Assembly: GCA_018646625.1 (NCBI GenBank)
Contig: JABGUJ010000001.1
Coordinates: 503,534 to 567,533 of the forward strand
Reading direction: 5' to 3'
DNA from: Candidatus Woesearchaeota archaeon
Lineage (GTDB): Archaea; Nanobdellota; Nanobdellia; Woesearchaeales; JABGUJ01
Length of the DNA stretch: 64,000 bases
The notes under the pieces are model-generated. The model worked only from the letters and a program-made list of their open reading frames with translations. It was not told where the DNA came from and did not search any database. Below, piece by piece: positions 19,823 to 30,144 of the stretch. Each line of letters starts with the position of its first letter. Position 1 is the stretch's first letter. A program made the position numbers and the translations under genes.

Positions 19823-20549
19823 ATTTCAACCCTGCCGCAAACCCTAGTATTGTAAAAACTAATGCCCCGAACAATGCCAACCATATGTTTGCTACATAAA
19901 CTAAGAATAATGCGCAGCCTAAGACCAATCCAAACTTGACTGCATACTGTAATCTTGAAAAGAAAAATACCACCGATCCATTAAGAGGAGGTATAGGTAA
20001 CATTTGAAAGAACGCATACCACACATTAACAACTATTGCCATATGAACAACCGGATTCTGCAAACCCGCCGTCCACAATATCTTAAACAATAACGCTAAC
20101 GCAAGATTAGCAAACGGACCCGCAGATGCAACGGCTGCTCTTTGCCTATGCATTGCCCAATATCTAAAATAACCAAGTCTGTGTCCTACCATCTCATGTA
20201 ATATAATGCCGCCAGGAACTAAAAACCAAATATGTCCTCGAGTAACAATACACAGAACTAATCCTATCAACACACCGTATATCCAGATTCTATACTCAAC
20301 CTTAAATCCAAGATCTAAACCCATAATCCTTGTTACACTCTGACTCGCAATTACTGCCAAAACAGAAACAATTAACGCGTTGATGAAGTTATACAAACCA
20401 ACTTTGGCATCAAACACCTCTTCTCCCCAACTTCGGAAAGAAACAATAAAGCCTATGATTAGAATACTGACAACAATAGCAACAAGCTCGTGCTTAGAAA
20501 ACTTAAAATTTGTCTTAATTGACTGCCAGAGCGATCTTTCGCCTATCAT
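19815..20549 (-). CDS. site-2 protease (M50)-like membrane protein, catalytic motifs degenerate
   Basis: ASAGPFANL and QMLPIPPLNG (canonical NLLPxxPLDG); no HExxH at the expected helix. Confidence 0.7.
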   Translation of the reverse strand: MIGERSLWQSIKTNFKFSKHELVAIVVSILIIGFIVSFRSWGEEVFDAKVGLYNFINALIVSVLAVIASQSVTRIMGLDLGFKVEYRIWIYGVLIGLVLCIVTRGHIWFLVPGGIILHEMVGHRLGYFRYWAMHRQRAAVASAGPFANLALALLFKILWTAGLQNPVVHMAIVVNVWYAFFQMLPIPPLNGSVVFFFSRLQYAVKFGLVLGCALFLVYVANIWLALFGALVFTILGFAAGLKYG

Positions 20550-20590
20550 GCTCTAATTATTAAGAATTCAGCTTTAAAAACCTTGCTATA

Positions 20591-20610
20591 AAAAGAAAAA
20601 AAGAAAGAAA
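20591..20610 (-). terminator. oligo(T) terminator after the SBP gene
   Basis: TTTCTTTCTTTTTTTCTTTT directly after the stop; near-identical tract after the 48501 gene. Confidence 0.55.
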
Positions 20611-21726
20611 TTAAGCTTTAACAAATTCTCCTTTCCTTACAACATATTTGTCATAAGGCTTAGAAACTTCACCAAAGCTATCAAACTTAAAATTTCCTGA
20701 CGCACCATGATATATGTTCATTGCATACAAATAATTCTTGATATCTTCCCCCTTGCAGCTTCCGGACTTGCAAGCTTCCTGAAATATCTGAATGATATCG
20801 TATGTTTCGGGTCCATATGCATTCCAGCCTTCTCCGTACTCCGATTTATATTTTTTAGAGAATAAAAACAACTCCTCTGATTCTGGGACGCCTGGGGCAG
20901 TCACAACCAATCCGGAAGTTAATTCTTCCGCATACTCTAGAATGGTATCATCCTTGGATGCATCAGCAGCATAAACAGGAATATCCAGACCGATTTCATT
21001 CATCTGTTGAAGAATAATGCCTGCTTGCTTTGCAAACGCCAACATATAAATTCCATCTGGTTTAGTTTCCTTAATTTTCAACAACTGAGTTTTAACATCC
21101 TTTGTTTCCATCTCGAATGTTTCTGCGGCAACTACCTTGCCTGATTTTTCAAATTCCTCGACGAAAACATCCTTTAAACCAACTCCCCAATCCATATTAG
21201 GATAAATGACTGCAACGTTACTCAAATCGGCAGCCAACATCAACTTCGCACCTATTTTACCTTGGCCTGCATCTGATGGAACCACTCTGAAAGTATAATC
21301 TCCTGCTTCCTTAATCTTTGGATTGGTTGCCATTGGAGAAATCATAACTACTTTTGCAGCTTCTGTTATTGGTGCAATGGATAAAACTTCTGGAGAACAA
21401 CCAACGATAAGAAAACCAACTTTGTTGATGTTGATTAACTTCTGTGCAGCAAGTGAAGCATCTTTGCCGTTACATTTTCCATCTTCATAAATGACTTGCA
21501 ATTCTCTTCCATTAATTCCGCCTTGAGAATTAATTTCTTTCTCTACCATCATTATGCTTCTAACAGATGACACTGCCAAACTTGCTGCATCTCCTGTTAG
21601 GGGACCAATGTAACCAATTTTTATTGGCTTCTGACTTGCAACAACATTTCCTGAAACGTTATTACCGCAACCAACCAACAAAATACAAATCATGACAGCT
21701 ACCGCTATCTTCAATAAATTCTTCAT
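20611..21726 (-). CDS. branched-chain amino acid (LivJ-like) ABC substrate-binding lipoprotein
   Basis: LVGC lipobox; IKIGYIGPLTG, INGRELQVIYEDGKC, YTFRVVPSD. Confidence 0.9.
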   Translation of the reverse strand: MKNLLKIAVAVMICILLVGCGNNVSGNVVASQKPIKIGYIGPLTGDAASLAVSSVRSIMMVEKEINSQGGINGRELQVIYEDGKCNGKDASLAAQKLININKVGFLIVGCSPEVLSIAPITEAAKVVMISPMATNPKIKEAGDYTFRVVPSDAGQGKIGAKLMLAADLSNVAVIYPNMDWGVGLKDVFVEEFEKSGKVVAAETFEMETKDVKTQLLKIKETKPDGIYMLAFAKQAGIILQQMNEIGLDIPVYAADASKDDTILEYAEELTSGLVVTAPGVPESEELFLFSKKYKSEYGEGWNAYGPETYDIIQIFQEACKSGSCKGEDIKNYLYAMNIYHGASGNFKFDSFGEVSKPYDKYVVRKGEFVKA

Positions 21727-21813
21727 TTCGAACCTCCAAAACCTAAAACCCCTAAGAACTGAAATCTTGAAGCACACTCTGATATATTATACTATCTTAA
21801 GAAATTATTGCGT

Positions 21814-21854
21814 TTCGTGACAAAATTTATATATTAATACGTGTTTGTCACGAA
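21814..21854. promoter_or_regulatory. 11-bp inverted repeat flanking a TATA box (putative operator)
   Basis: TTCGTGACAAA-N19 (contains TTTATATA)-TTTGTCACGAA. Confidence 0.65.
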
Positions 21855-21856
21855 GT

Positions 21857-22834
21857 ATGGCTTACAAGCTTGATTTAGTCAACAAGAAAATTCTCTATGA
21901 ATTAGATAAGAATGCAAGAATAAGCGACAGCCAACTGGCGAAGAAAGTGAACAGATCAAGGGAGGCAGTACGAAACAGAATAAAAAAACTCCAAGATGAT
22001 GGAATAATCTTGAATTTCATAACATCCATTAATCCAAGTAAGGTTGGTTGCATGTTTTTCAAAATGTACTTTCAACTTGCAAACATTCCAGAAGAAAGAG
22101 AAAAGTTCTACGAATACTTTAAACAACTTCCAGGATTATACTGGTTTGGAGGTAATGATGGTGTATGGGATTTTCATGCTGCATTTTACGCAAAGGATGT
22201 AGAAGAATTTAACAAATTAAAAAACAAAGTTTTCACAGACTTCAGACACATAATAATCAAAAGAGATGTTGGCGTTTTGATAAACACAAGACAGTATGTA
22301 AAGAAGTATCTATTGGATCACAACACCGAGTTCTTAGAACCAACAATGTTTGGTGACAAGATTGAGCACAACAAAATAGATGATTTAGACAAAAGGCTAC
22401 TATCTGCATTATTTCAAAATGCAAGAGCATCTTTAGTATACCTCTCTCAAAAACTAGGATGTTCTGTAGATATAATAAGAAACAAAATGAAGCGAATGCA
22501 TGAACTAGGAATCATTATGCAATACAGAATAGCGATTGATTATACAAAACTGGGATATGAAATGTTTAAAGCATTTGTCTACTTCCACAACCTCTCAGAA
22601 TTAGATGAAAAGAAACTCTTTCAGTATGCTAAGCAAAATAATAAGATAGTATACCTTATAAGACAACTCTCAGCGTGGGACGTCGAGTTAGAAATAATGG
22701 CGAAAAGCTATGAGGAATTCAATGAAATAATAAACGACATCCGTCATAAATTCGCAGAAGATATAAGAAACTATGAGTTCGCATTGATGAGAGATGATAT
22801 TTGGTCATTTGAAAACTTCAAACTATTAGTCTAA
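21857..22834 (+). CDS. tandem double-domain Lrp/AsnC regulator
   Basis: two HTH+RAM units (LDLVNKKILYELDKNAR; IDDLDKRLLSALFQNAR). Confidence 0.9.
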   Translation: MAYKLDLVNKKILYELDKNARISDSQLAKKVNRSREAVRNRIKKLQDDGIILNFITSINPSKVGCMFFKMYFQLANIPEEREKFYEYFKQLPGLYWFGGNDGVWDFHAAFYAKDVEEFNKLKNKVFTDFRHIIIKRDVGVLINTRQYVKKYLLDHNTEFLEPTMFGDKIEHNKIDDLDKRLLSALFQNARASLVYLSQKLGCSVDIIRNKMKRMHELGIIMQYRIAIDYTKLGYEMFKAFVYFHNLSELDEKKLFQYAKQNNKIVYLIRQLSAWDVELEIMAKSYEEFNEIINDIRHKFAEDIRNYEFALMRDDIWSFENFKLLV

Positions 22835-23562
22835 ACAGAATTAATTTCGTAATCCACTCCTTTCACTCTTTCAACCTTGTTCTTATAGTGTTTAATCAAT
22901 CTAACCATTTCTTCTTCATGTCCTGCGCCAACAACTACTAAAACTTTAACATAATTCTTCATTAATGATGCAACTTTCTTAGCCATAATTTCGTTTCTTT
23001 CCTTAATTAGCACATTATACACATTAGGATATTTCTTTTTCAACTCAGCCGTTAATTTAATTATGATTTCTCTCTCTGGAACTTTACTCAGATCAAGATG
23101 AGTAACACCTAAACGTTTAATCTCTCTCTCCTTGAACAGAAAACCTCTAACGACGTCCTTAACAAACTGCCATTTCTCTTTTCGCGTTAATCTTTTAGTA
23201 AATTTTTGTAAAGTAATTTCAATATCTTGATCTATCAATGCAACGGGAATCTTTCGTTTATGTGCTTCCTTTATCGCAGTCAACATATCACTACCTGGTT
23301 TTACTCCTACACTTCTTCCTAACTTCTTCTGAACCCAGCCACCAATTTGTGTAAAGATATAACCTGTTAAACCAATATGTCTAATGTCCGCAATACTCGC
23401 TTTATGTTTACCTTGGTGCATCAAAGCATACAATCTTCTTTGATCTAACTCGACCGCAACCAAATCAGGATCTTCTTCCACAATTGCTTTTTTTATTTCC
23501 TTTATACTGGACTTAGCAATATGGGATGTACCTAGCAATGCAACATTTTCATATACTAACAT
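22831..23562 (-). CDS. TraB/PrgY/GumN family protein
   Basis: LLGTSHI, VAVELD, ERNEIMA, VVVGAGH. Confidence 0.9.
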   Translation of the reverse strand: MLVYENVALLGTSHIAKSSIKEIKKAIVEEDPDLVAVELDQRRLYALMHQGKHKASIADIRHIGLTGYIFTQIGGWVQKKLGRSVGVKPGSDMLTAIKEAHKRKIPVALIDQDIEITLQKFTKRLTRKEKWQFVKDVVRGFLFKEREIKRLGVTHLDLSKVPEREIIIKLTAELKKKYPNVYNVLIKERNEIMAKKVASLMKNYVKVLVVVGAGHEEEMVRLIKHYKNKVERVKGVDYEINSV

Positions 23563-23702
23563 GACAATCTAATCTACATCTCGACATTATAAAGATTACC
23601 TTTAAAGTGTTAAATTCGTAGAGTACAGCCAACGAAAGCTTTAAATACTAAGTAGGTATACTCTTTCGTATATTAATCAACTCAAAAAGGAGGGGTACTG
23701 CG

Positions 23703-23990
23703 ATGTTAAGATTAAGGAAATTAACTGAAGCTTACGATATGCAAGTTTTCACTGATTCTGGTGACTATTTCGGAGATATCGAAGAAACTATAATAACCAA
23801 AACTAAGGTATTTGGATGGAGAGTGAGAGCCACTAAAGGTTCATACTTAGGAAAGGTTTTGGGTTCCGCAAAAGGAGTAATTGTCCCACATCAGCTTGTA
23901 AAAGCGATAGGTGCAATCATGATTATTTCCAAATCTGCTATGCCTAGCTACAATCCAGAAGAAGAAGCTTCAGCTGCAGAAATGGATTAA
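23703..23990 (+). CDS. PRC-barrel domain protein (CdpB-like, possibly cell division)
   Basis: VFTDSGDYFGDIEE...VPHQLVKAIGAIMII; GGAGGGG SD. Confidence 0.85.
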   Translation: MLRLRKLTEAYDMQVFTDSGDYFGDIEETIITKTKVFGWRVRATKGSYLGKVLGSAKGVIVPHQLVKAIGAIMIISKSAMPSYNPEEEASAAEMD

Positions 23991-23992
23991 TT

Positions 23993-25045
23993 TTATTTTT
24001 TCTCTATAATTTTTCTAAAACTTTCGATAGCTTCTTTGTCTGCCATCTTTTTAGCAGGCGATTTCATCAAGAAAGCACATACCTTCTCCGATTCTTTTTG
24101 CATCCCTCTATCAACTAATAGCTTTGCAACTCTTATTGCATCAACAACAGTCCCTGCACCATTAATACTGATTTCATCTTCTATAACTGCGCTAATCTTT
24201 ATTGGAGTTCTACCAAACATTTCTCCCTCAATTCTTAACTCTACTCTTTTACTTCCAGATGGCTTACCCGTATATTGAAATGTAACTTTTGGCTTAACTT
24301 CTTCGCAATCTATAAACGAACTTAATGCTTCACTTTTTGTTTTTTCTTTAGACTTTTTTCTATACAACAAATTAAAGTGATCCGCATTACCACCAATATT
24401 GTCCTGCTCAGTTTTAGATATCTGAATTCCCCTCATAGCTAGTGCTTCCAATAAAATTCTATTCAACATTGTCGCGCCCAGCTGACTTTTAGTATCATCT
24501 CCCAGGAGAACTAGACCTTTATCTTGAAAACGCTTTTGCCATGATTCGATAGTTGCCAAGGGGGTTGGGATGCAATTAATAAAACTACATCCTGCATCCA
24601 ATGCTGCTTCAGCATACATGCGAGTGGCTTCATCACTCCCTGTCGGGACGAGATTAAGCACAACATCTGCTCCTGTTTCTTTTAGTACTTTAGCAATATC
24701 GACAGATGATTCTGAACTTTCCTTCACAAAACTACCTTTCATCTGTTCAACAACGCCATCGGCTGTTGGTCCTCGATAAACTTTTGCTTCAAATTCAACA
24801 GGAGAGGTGATATCTTTTGTAACATTTGCACCTTGAGAGATCGCTTCATGAAGTTTCTTTCCAACTTTTCTTTCATCTACATCAAAAGCAGCCACAAAAT
24901 TGATATCTGACACTTTATAATCTCCAACTAATGGATTAATTAACCCTCGAGTCTCATCTTCGTTCTTTATGTAAAAAGATACGCCCTCTACTAACGCCTT
25001 GGTAAAACTTCCAACACCAATAATTGCAACATTTATTTTTTTCAT
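23993..25045 (-). CDS. ino1: myo-inositol-1-phosphate synthase
   Basis: VAIIGVG, VAAFDVD..KVG, FINCIP, GDDTKSQLGAT, NIGGNAD. Confidence 0.85.
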   Translation of the reverse strand: MKKINVAIIGVGSFTKALVEGVSFYIKNEDETRGLINPLVGDYKVSDINFVAAFDVDERKVGKKLHEAISQGANVTKDITSPVEFEAKVYRGPTADGVVEQMKGSFVKESSESSVDIAKVLKETGADVVLNLVPTGSDEATRMYAEAALDAGCSFINCIPTPLATIESWQKRFQDKGLVLLGDDTKSQLGATMLNRILLEALAMRGIQISKTEQDNIGGNADHFNLLYRKKSKEKTKSEALSSFIDCEEVKPKVTFQYTGKPSGSKRVELRIEGEMFGRTPIKISAVIEDEISINGAGTVVDAIRVAKLLVDRGMQKESEKVCAFLMKSPAKKMADKEAIESFRKIIEKK

Positions 25046-25046
25046 T

Positions 25047-25898
25047 TTATGCAACCTCCAATACGTGCAATGTGTGAAACTCCGGGACTGTTTTTTGATC
25101 AAACCCTAACTCAATAGTATTTACAACACTAAACCCTTCTTTCTTAAATAAAGTATTCCAATTTTGAGGGGTTTGAAAATTGAATGGAACATTAACTTTG
25201 TTCTCTTCAAAATCGCTATAGTGGATAATCCTATTGTAAAAATGGTCGAAGAATATGTTGGCTAATCTTTGTTCCTCTTCTGACAAGGCTCCATATGCTT
25301 CTACACCATAAACTGACTCTATGATCAACACTCTGCCACCTTTCTTAGTAACTCTTCTGGCCTCTTCTAAAACTTGGACAGGATCATCGCTGTGGTGCAA
25401 GACTGTAAGTAACAACGTAGTGTCAAAACTACTATCTAAAAATGGGATTTTTTTATTCTGTTTAATTAATCCAAACGGTAAATTAATGTTGGAAATGTTT
25501 CCATGTTCATAAACATCAACAAGAATAACATCTCTTCCGTGGATGTCTTGCAGAATTTCTCCAACTTTTCCATCTCCACAACCCAAGTCCAGAACATCTC
25601 TCCCTTTAACATGGTTTTTTATTTGATTGAACATAAGTTGAGCACGATTACTAAGTTTTACAGGAATTCTTTGAGTCACTCGTTTTTTATCAAACATTAA
25701 GTGAACTTTCTTTTCATAATCTGAGATGTCTTGGTAAGTAGATGCGTTATTAATTGCAAAGTCCACCAATTCTTTAATCTCTTTTATTTCCAAATAAGTC
25801 AACACCTCTTTCAATGTTGTCTCAATATACTTTTTTACGTTACCATTCTTTAATATGGTTTTGATTTCAGGAATTTTGTTACCGAATGCGTTTTTCAT
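25047..25898 (-). CDS. class I SAM-dependent methyltransferase
   Basis: VLDLGCGDG, FDTTLLLTVLHH, RRVTKKGG. Confidence 0.9.
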   Translation of the reverse strand: MKNAFGNKIPEIKTILKNGNVKKYIETTLKEVLTYLEIKEIKELVDFAINNASTYQDISDYEKKVHLMFDKKRVTQRIPVKLSNRAQLMFNQIKNHVKGRDVLDLGCGDGKVGEILQDIHGRDVILVDVYEHGNISNINLPFGLIKQNKKIPFLDSSFDTTLLLTVLHHSDDPVQVLEEARRVTKKGGRVLIIESVYGVEAYGALSEEEQRLANIFFDHFYNRIIHYSDFEENKVNVPFNFQTPQNWNTLFKKEGFSVVNTIELGFDQKTVPEFHTLHVLEVA

Positions 25899-25964
25899 TT
25901 TCCACCTCAACAACTTTTTAGTTGTTACTTAACGGGTGTGACTAAAGTATATAAAGAATCTCTT

Positions 25965-26001
25965 CCCTTTAGGGGGGAGTAATGATAACCCCTTTAGGGG
26001 G
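25965..26001. promoter_or_regulatory. two copies of near-palindromic CCCTTTAGGGGG (putative TrmB operator)
   Basis: direct repeat at 25965 and 25990 in the divergent intergenic region. Confidence 0.6.
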
Positions 26002-26018
26002 ATATTGAACTTAACAAA

Positions 26019-26777
26019 ATGGATATTGAACCATTACGGAAGATAGGGCTCACGGAGGGCGAAATCAAGGTATATTTATCCTTAATCAGATTAGGTGAAA
26101 CAACATCTGGGCCGCTTGTGGATGAATCTGGAGTTTCTGTATCAAAAGTATATTCTATCTTGGATCGATTAGCGAAGAAAGGCTTAGTTAGTCATATTGT
26201 AAAAAGAAAAACGAAATACTTCCAAGCGGCAGATCCTAACCGGTTAGTTGTGTACATGCAAGAAAAAGAAGCAGAGTTGAAAGAACATGAAAAAAAGATA
26301 AAAGAAATGATTCCTCTTTTAGAACTTGAAGGTAATTCTGCAACAACTGCTGAGACTGCACAAATATTTGATGGTTTGAGAGGCATTCAAACTGCGAGAG
26401 AGAGAACTTTAAAAACAACAAAGAAAGGGGAAGACATGTGGATCATAGGCATTGCACGAACCCCCTACGAAGGAACCATGAATCCTTATTTTCAAGAATA
26501 TCATAAAAGAAGATACAAGAAAGGAATTAAATGTAGATATCTATTTAATGAATATGCTAGACGACCATTCGGAGAAACTTCTAAAGACTATCCTTTAAGC
26601 GAAGTACGTTACATGCCTGAGGGCTTAATCACCCATAGTTGGATGGAAATATATGCAGATACTGTGACCATCGGAATAAATAAAGGCAAATCATTTTCAA
26701 TTGTAATTCAGAATCACGAAGTAGCAAACTCTTTCAAAATCTATGCTCAACTTCTCTGGAGTATGGCCAAACCTTAA
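26019..26777 (+). CDS. TrmB family transcriptional regulator
   Basis: IGLTEGEIKVYLSL...VYSILDRLAKKGLV; C-terminal FKIYAQLLWSMAK. Confidence 0.9.
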   Translation: MDIEPLRKIGLTEGEIKVYLSLIRLGETTSGPLVDESGVSVSKVYSILDRLAKKGLVSHIVKRKTKYFQAADPNRLVVYMQEKEAELKEHEKKIKEMIPLLELEGNSATTAETAQIFDGLRGIQTARERTLKTTKKGEDMWIIGIARTPYEGTMNPYFQEYHKRRYKKGIKCRYLFNEYARRPFGETSKDYPLSEVRYMPEGLITHSWMEIYADTVTIGINKGKSFSIVIQNHEVANSFKIYAQLLWSMAKP

Positions 26778-26932
26778 TCATTCTCTTCTTTAAATCTTTT
26801 ATAGTGTATACACTTTTCTTCACACTCTCCAGTAATGCAGCCTTTAGTTTCTTTTATTACTTCCCTCATCTTAACTGGTACACTGTCCTCTGTAAAGAAC
26901 ATACATCTCCCCATAAATTCACAAAATACCAT
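26774..26932 (-). CDS. small Cys-rich protein (52 aa), missed by the ORF track
   Basis: manual translation MVFCEFMGRCMFFTEDSVPVKMREVIKETKGCITGECEEKCIHYKRFKEEND; ATG 1 nt after the stop of the upstream gene. Confidence 0.55.
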   Translation of the reverse strand: MVFCEFMGRCMFFTEDSVPVKMREVIKETKGCITGECEEKCIHYKRFKEEND

Positions 26933-26933
26933 T

Positions 26934-27935
26934 TTACCATGTATAATTTTCTAGATAACCGTCTCTTTGAAAGTTTGGATTAAATGTGGCATCATAATTT
27001 GTACTCGCTACCAAGTTCCAAAGAAATACTTCCATATGTGCTTTGTTCAATCTGCGTAAACTTCCATCTTCTGATTCCAACAAAACTTGACTTCTCAACT
27101 TTGAATAAAATTCTGCTATTCTTTTAGTTGGCAAAGGAAAAATCATTTGTCTCAACGGAACTTCATTTTTCTCGTGTTTTGCCATTCTATATGCTACTTC
27201 ATACATTGCCGCAACTTCATGTGCGCAAACTCTGTAAACATCAGAACCTTCTTGTGCATGTCTGCCTGTGAATCTTAATTCGCTAAACATTTTGGCACCG
27301 CAACAATGCTCTTGGTTCTCGTCTAAAGATTGTGATCTAAATCTGTACGGCGTAACAACTCTGTAAGGTGTATGGCCTGTTACTGGAACACCTTTCAGCA
27401 TTAATTTATATCTTCTAACTTTCTTTCTTCTTGATGGAACACTAACCAAAAAACTGCCACCATCTCTCGCCACTCTTGCAGCATCTGTATAATCTGCTTC
27501 AACATCAATTGATGTTGGAAAGTTGTGTGCATACGTAAACAACCTTGCACCTTCAAGAACTTCTACTAATGGTACAACTCTTTTTCTTTTATCATTTCCA
27601 TCTAATGGATTAAACGAATATCCTTTTTGATATCCTTTTCTAACATTATCAAACGCATCTTTTAATCTCTGCCGAGGACTTAATCTTAATCTAACACATT
27701 CATCTATACTTCTAAATCTTCGTGGTTTAACTTCCGGTCCATGTTTCTTAAACTTCTTTTCGCCACCCCAATGTTGGAATTGAAAAACATCTGCCGGTAC
27801 AACAAGAAACTGCTCAGCCCCTAATGCTTCAATCCTATCCACTAAATCCCTTTCTGCTCTAACTTCTTCTTTATCTTTCTTAATCTGAGCAACCGTTGCT
27901 TCTTTGAAATATGCTTTTTTTGGATAGTTCGCCAT
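26934..27935 (-). CDS. hypothetical basic protein with possible SWIM-like Zn site
   Basis: HCCG...VCAHEVA. Confidence 0.6.
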   Translation of the reverse strand: MANYPKKAYFKEATVAQIKKDKEEVRAERDLVDRIEALGAEQFLVVPADVFQFQHWGGEKKFKKHGPEVKPRRFRSIDECVRLRLSPRQRLKDAFDNVRKGYQKGYSFNPLDGNDKRKRVVPLVEVLEGARLFTYAHNFPTSIDVEADYTDAARVARDGGSFLVSVPSRRKKVRRYKLMLKGVPVTGHTPYRVVTPYRFRSQSLDENQEHCCGAKMFSELRFTGRHAQEGSDVYRVCAHEVAAMYEVAYRMAKHEKNEVPLRQMIFPLPTKRIAEFYSKLRSQVLLESEDGSLRRLNKAHMEVFLWNLVASTNYDATFNPNFQRDGYLENYTW

Positions 27936-28125
27936 TTTCACCAGCTTCCGCTAAAACATCATTTTTAGAGAGTTTTAACGAATGTATTTACTTTATACGT
28001 GTTTTGCACATATTAATGCTCGTGGTGAGCTGCATCACCACACCTTGTGCGTCACTTAACAGTGGTAAAAACAGGGAAAGATTTATATACTACCTCTTCT
28101 AGTCTATATATAGGTGATAAAATCA

Positions 28126-30144
28126 ATGGTTTCTGCAAATGAACATCATAGGAACTTGTCTTCCGGCGCATATCGAAGGAATGTAGAAGAAGCAGAACCT
28201 AGGCGAGCCTCTAGAGTAATTTCCGCTGATGACGCAACTTACCGTTATGGCGATGATGACGCATTAGGCGCCGCAATGCAGCAAGCTTATCCTAATTCTC
28301 CTTCACTATCTAACAGAGTTGGTGGTTTCTTTGGTGGAATTGGTACTGGAGTATCAAATTGGTATCAAGATACGCGGTTCTACAAATGGCGACATCCCGA
28401 ACTTGCAAACGATGATGATCCTCAAAATATTGATGATGTGGTTAACGCGGCAGCGCAACCAGCTGAGGCAGCACAACAAACACCTGCGGAACAACCTCCT
28501 GCACCACAATCTATTGAACCCGGAGATGAAGCAGAAGATACTTCAGAAGAAGAAGGTTCAATAAGATACGAAAGCGCAGAACAAATTCCTAATCCTGGAA
28601 GAAATTATGAAGGCTTTTGGGAATTATCAGATTTTGACAGTGCTATCTCTAACTTCGGAATATATCTGCCACCTAAACTAGATAGTATGTTACGTCACAG
28701 GTTTCGTAGTCTTGCATTTACATCACTTGTTGGAACACAGAGAAGCGATTACAGAAAATTCAGAGATAGCGCAAAAGTTCGTTTTACTGGTGTATTGAAA
28801 CCTTTCCAATACGAAGGAAAAACAATTGATCCTAATGAAACTATTGAAGATTTCTTAGACACTGCCGATAGATTGCACACAATGATTTTTGAAGGCGCAC
28901 TTAATGCAGTAAGAAGAAGAGCAGGCCAACAAGGTTACGACGTAGAAAGTTATGATCAACAAGAAATAAAAGATATCGCAGGAGAACTTGACAGAGCATA
29001 CTTGCAAGCTTCTGACGTGGCAGTATGGGCTGAGAAACTTTCAGAGCGAGAGGGTTATGTTGGTGGTAAAGTTAGTAATAAAGTTAAAGCAAAGTTACGA
29101 GGAGTCTGTTTTTATGAAGATCCATCACAACTAAAGGAAAGAATTCTCCAAGCCAGAGAATATGTTTTGAATACTCTTGCCGAAGTAAATGACAATCACG
29201 AAGATCCAGGAACAAACTGGAAGATTATGGATTTTGTTAATACAATGTATAGATTTTTAGATGGTGCAATATCTATAGAACCTCTTGCAAGAAGTGCTTA
29301 TGAAAAAGTTGAGAGTTTAATAGAAGACTCACCTTTAAACGACGCGATTCAGAAATTAAATAAAGCATTAAAAAATCCGCAGGCAATCAAAGCAGGACTA
29401 TTTGATAAAATTGATTTGGGAACTAGAGATATTGATCCGGAACAATCACTAACCGACTTAATTGAATCTGCAGAAATAGCAAGAGGCGATGCACTATCCT
29501 TAGCATTAAACATCGTGAGAGAACGAGTAGTTAACAGAGCAGGCTATCATGCAGAGTCAAGAATAGATGATGAACTTAGAGATTACAGAGGAAAACTTGA
29601 AACAGTATTCGAACATGCAGAAGATGTTGCACATTGGTTGGCTGATGTTGAAGGCAGAACTGGTGCAAGAAACTGGACAATCAAAAAAGTCATTAGCAGA
29701 AAACTTAGAGCATATGGAGTGAACAATGCAATGAACCTACTTGATCAAATTCAGAATACGAGAGAACAGGTACTGAATACTTATGATAGAGTTGTTGGTA
29801 TTAGACCTGAGATTGTAGAAGAAGATGCAATATATCCTGATGAAGATCCTTGGGATGTTGGTCCTAGTAATGATGTTGTAGATGGAGAACTACTTACACC
29901 GGGAGATGAAGAACGACTAGAATTTGTATCTGGTTTATCTGATTCTCAAAACAACTCAGAACCAATTCAGGCCGAAGTGCTTCCAAGAGATTCAATACCT
30001 GATCCCTTTGATCCGGATTATCAAGCACCTGAAAGAGAACCTGTAGTTATTGACGTTACGCCAAGTTCTGATCCTGTAGATATATTTGAGGAAATAGTGC
30101 GAGATGTAGAACAAAGACAAAATGATGATAGAGGTAATAATTAA
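28126..30144 (+). CDS. large acidic hypothetical protein with an internal domain duplication
   Basis: two ~130-aa helical repeats (IDPNETIEDFL..ALNAVR..REYVLNT / IDPEQSLTDLI..ALNIVR..REQVLNT); GGTGA SD. Confidence 0.75.
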   Translation: MVSANEHHRNLSSGAYRRNVEEAEPRRASRVISADDATYRYGDDDALGAAMQQAYPNSPSLSNRVGGFFGGIGTGVSNWYQDTRFYKWRHPELANDDDPQNIDDVVNAAAQPAEAAQQTPAEQPPAPQSIEPGDEAEDTSEEEGSIRYESAEQIPNPGRNYEGFWELSDFDSAISNFGIYLPPKLDSMLRHRFRSLAFTSLVGTQRSDYRKFRDSAKVRFTGVLKPFQYEGKTIDPNETIEDFLDTADRLHTMIFEGALNAVRRRAGQQGYDVESYDQQEIKDIAGELDRAYLQASDVAVWAEKLSEREGYVGGKVSNKVKAKLRGVCFYEDPSQLKERILQAREYVLNTLAEVNDNHEDPGTNWKIMDFVNTMYRFLDGAISIEPLARSAYEKVESLIEDSPLNDAIQKLNKALKNPQAIKAGLFDKIDLGTRDIDPEQSLTDLIESAEIARGDALSLALNIVRERVVNRAGYHAESRIDDELRDYRGKLETVFEHAEDVAHWLADVEGRTGARNWTIKKVISRKLRAYGVNNAMNLLDQIQNTREQVLNTYDRVVGIRPEIVEEDAIYPDEDPWDVGPSNDVVDGELLTPGDEERLEFVSGLSDSQNNSEPIQAEVLPRDSIPDPFDPDYQAPEREPVVIDVTPSSDPVDIFEEIVRDVEQRQNDDRGNN

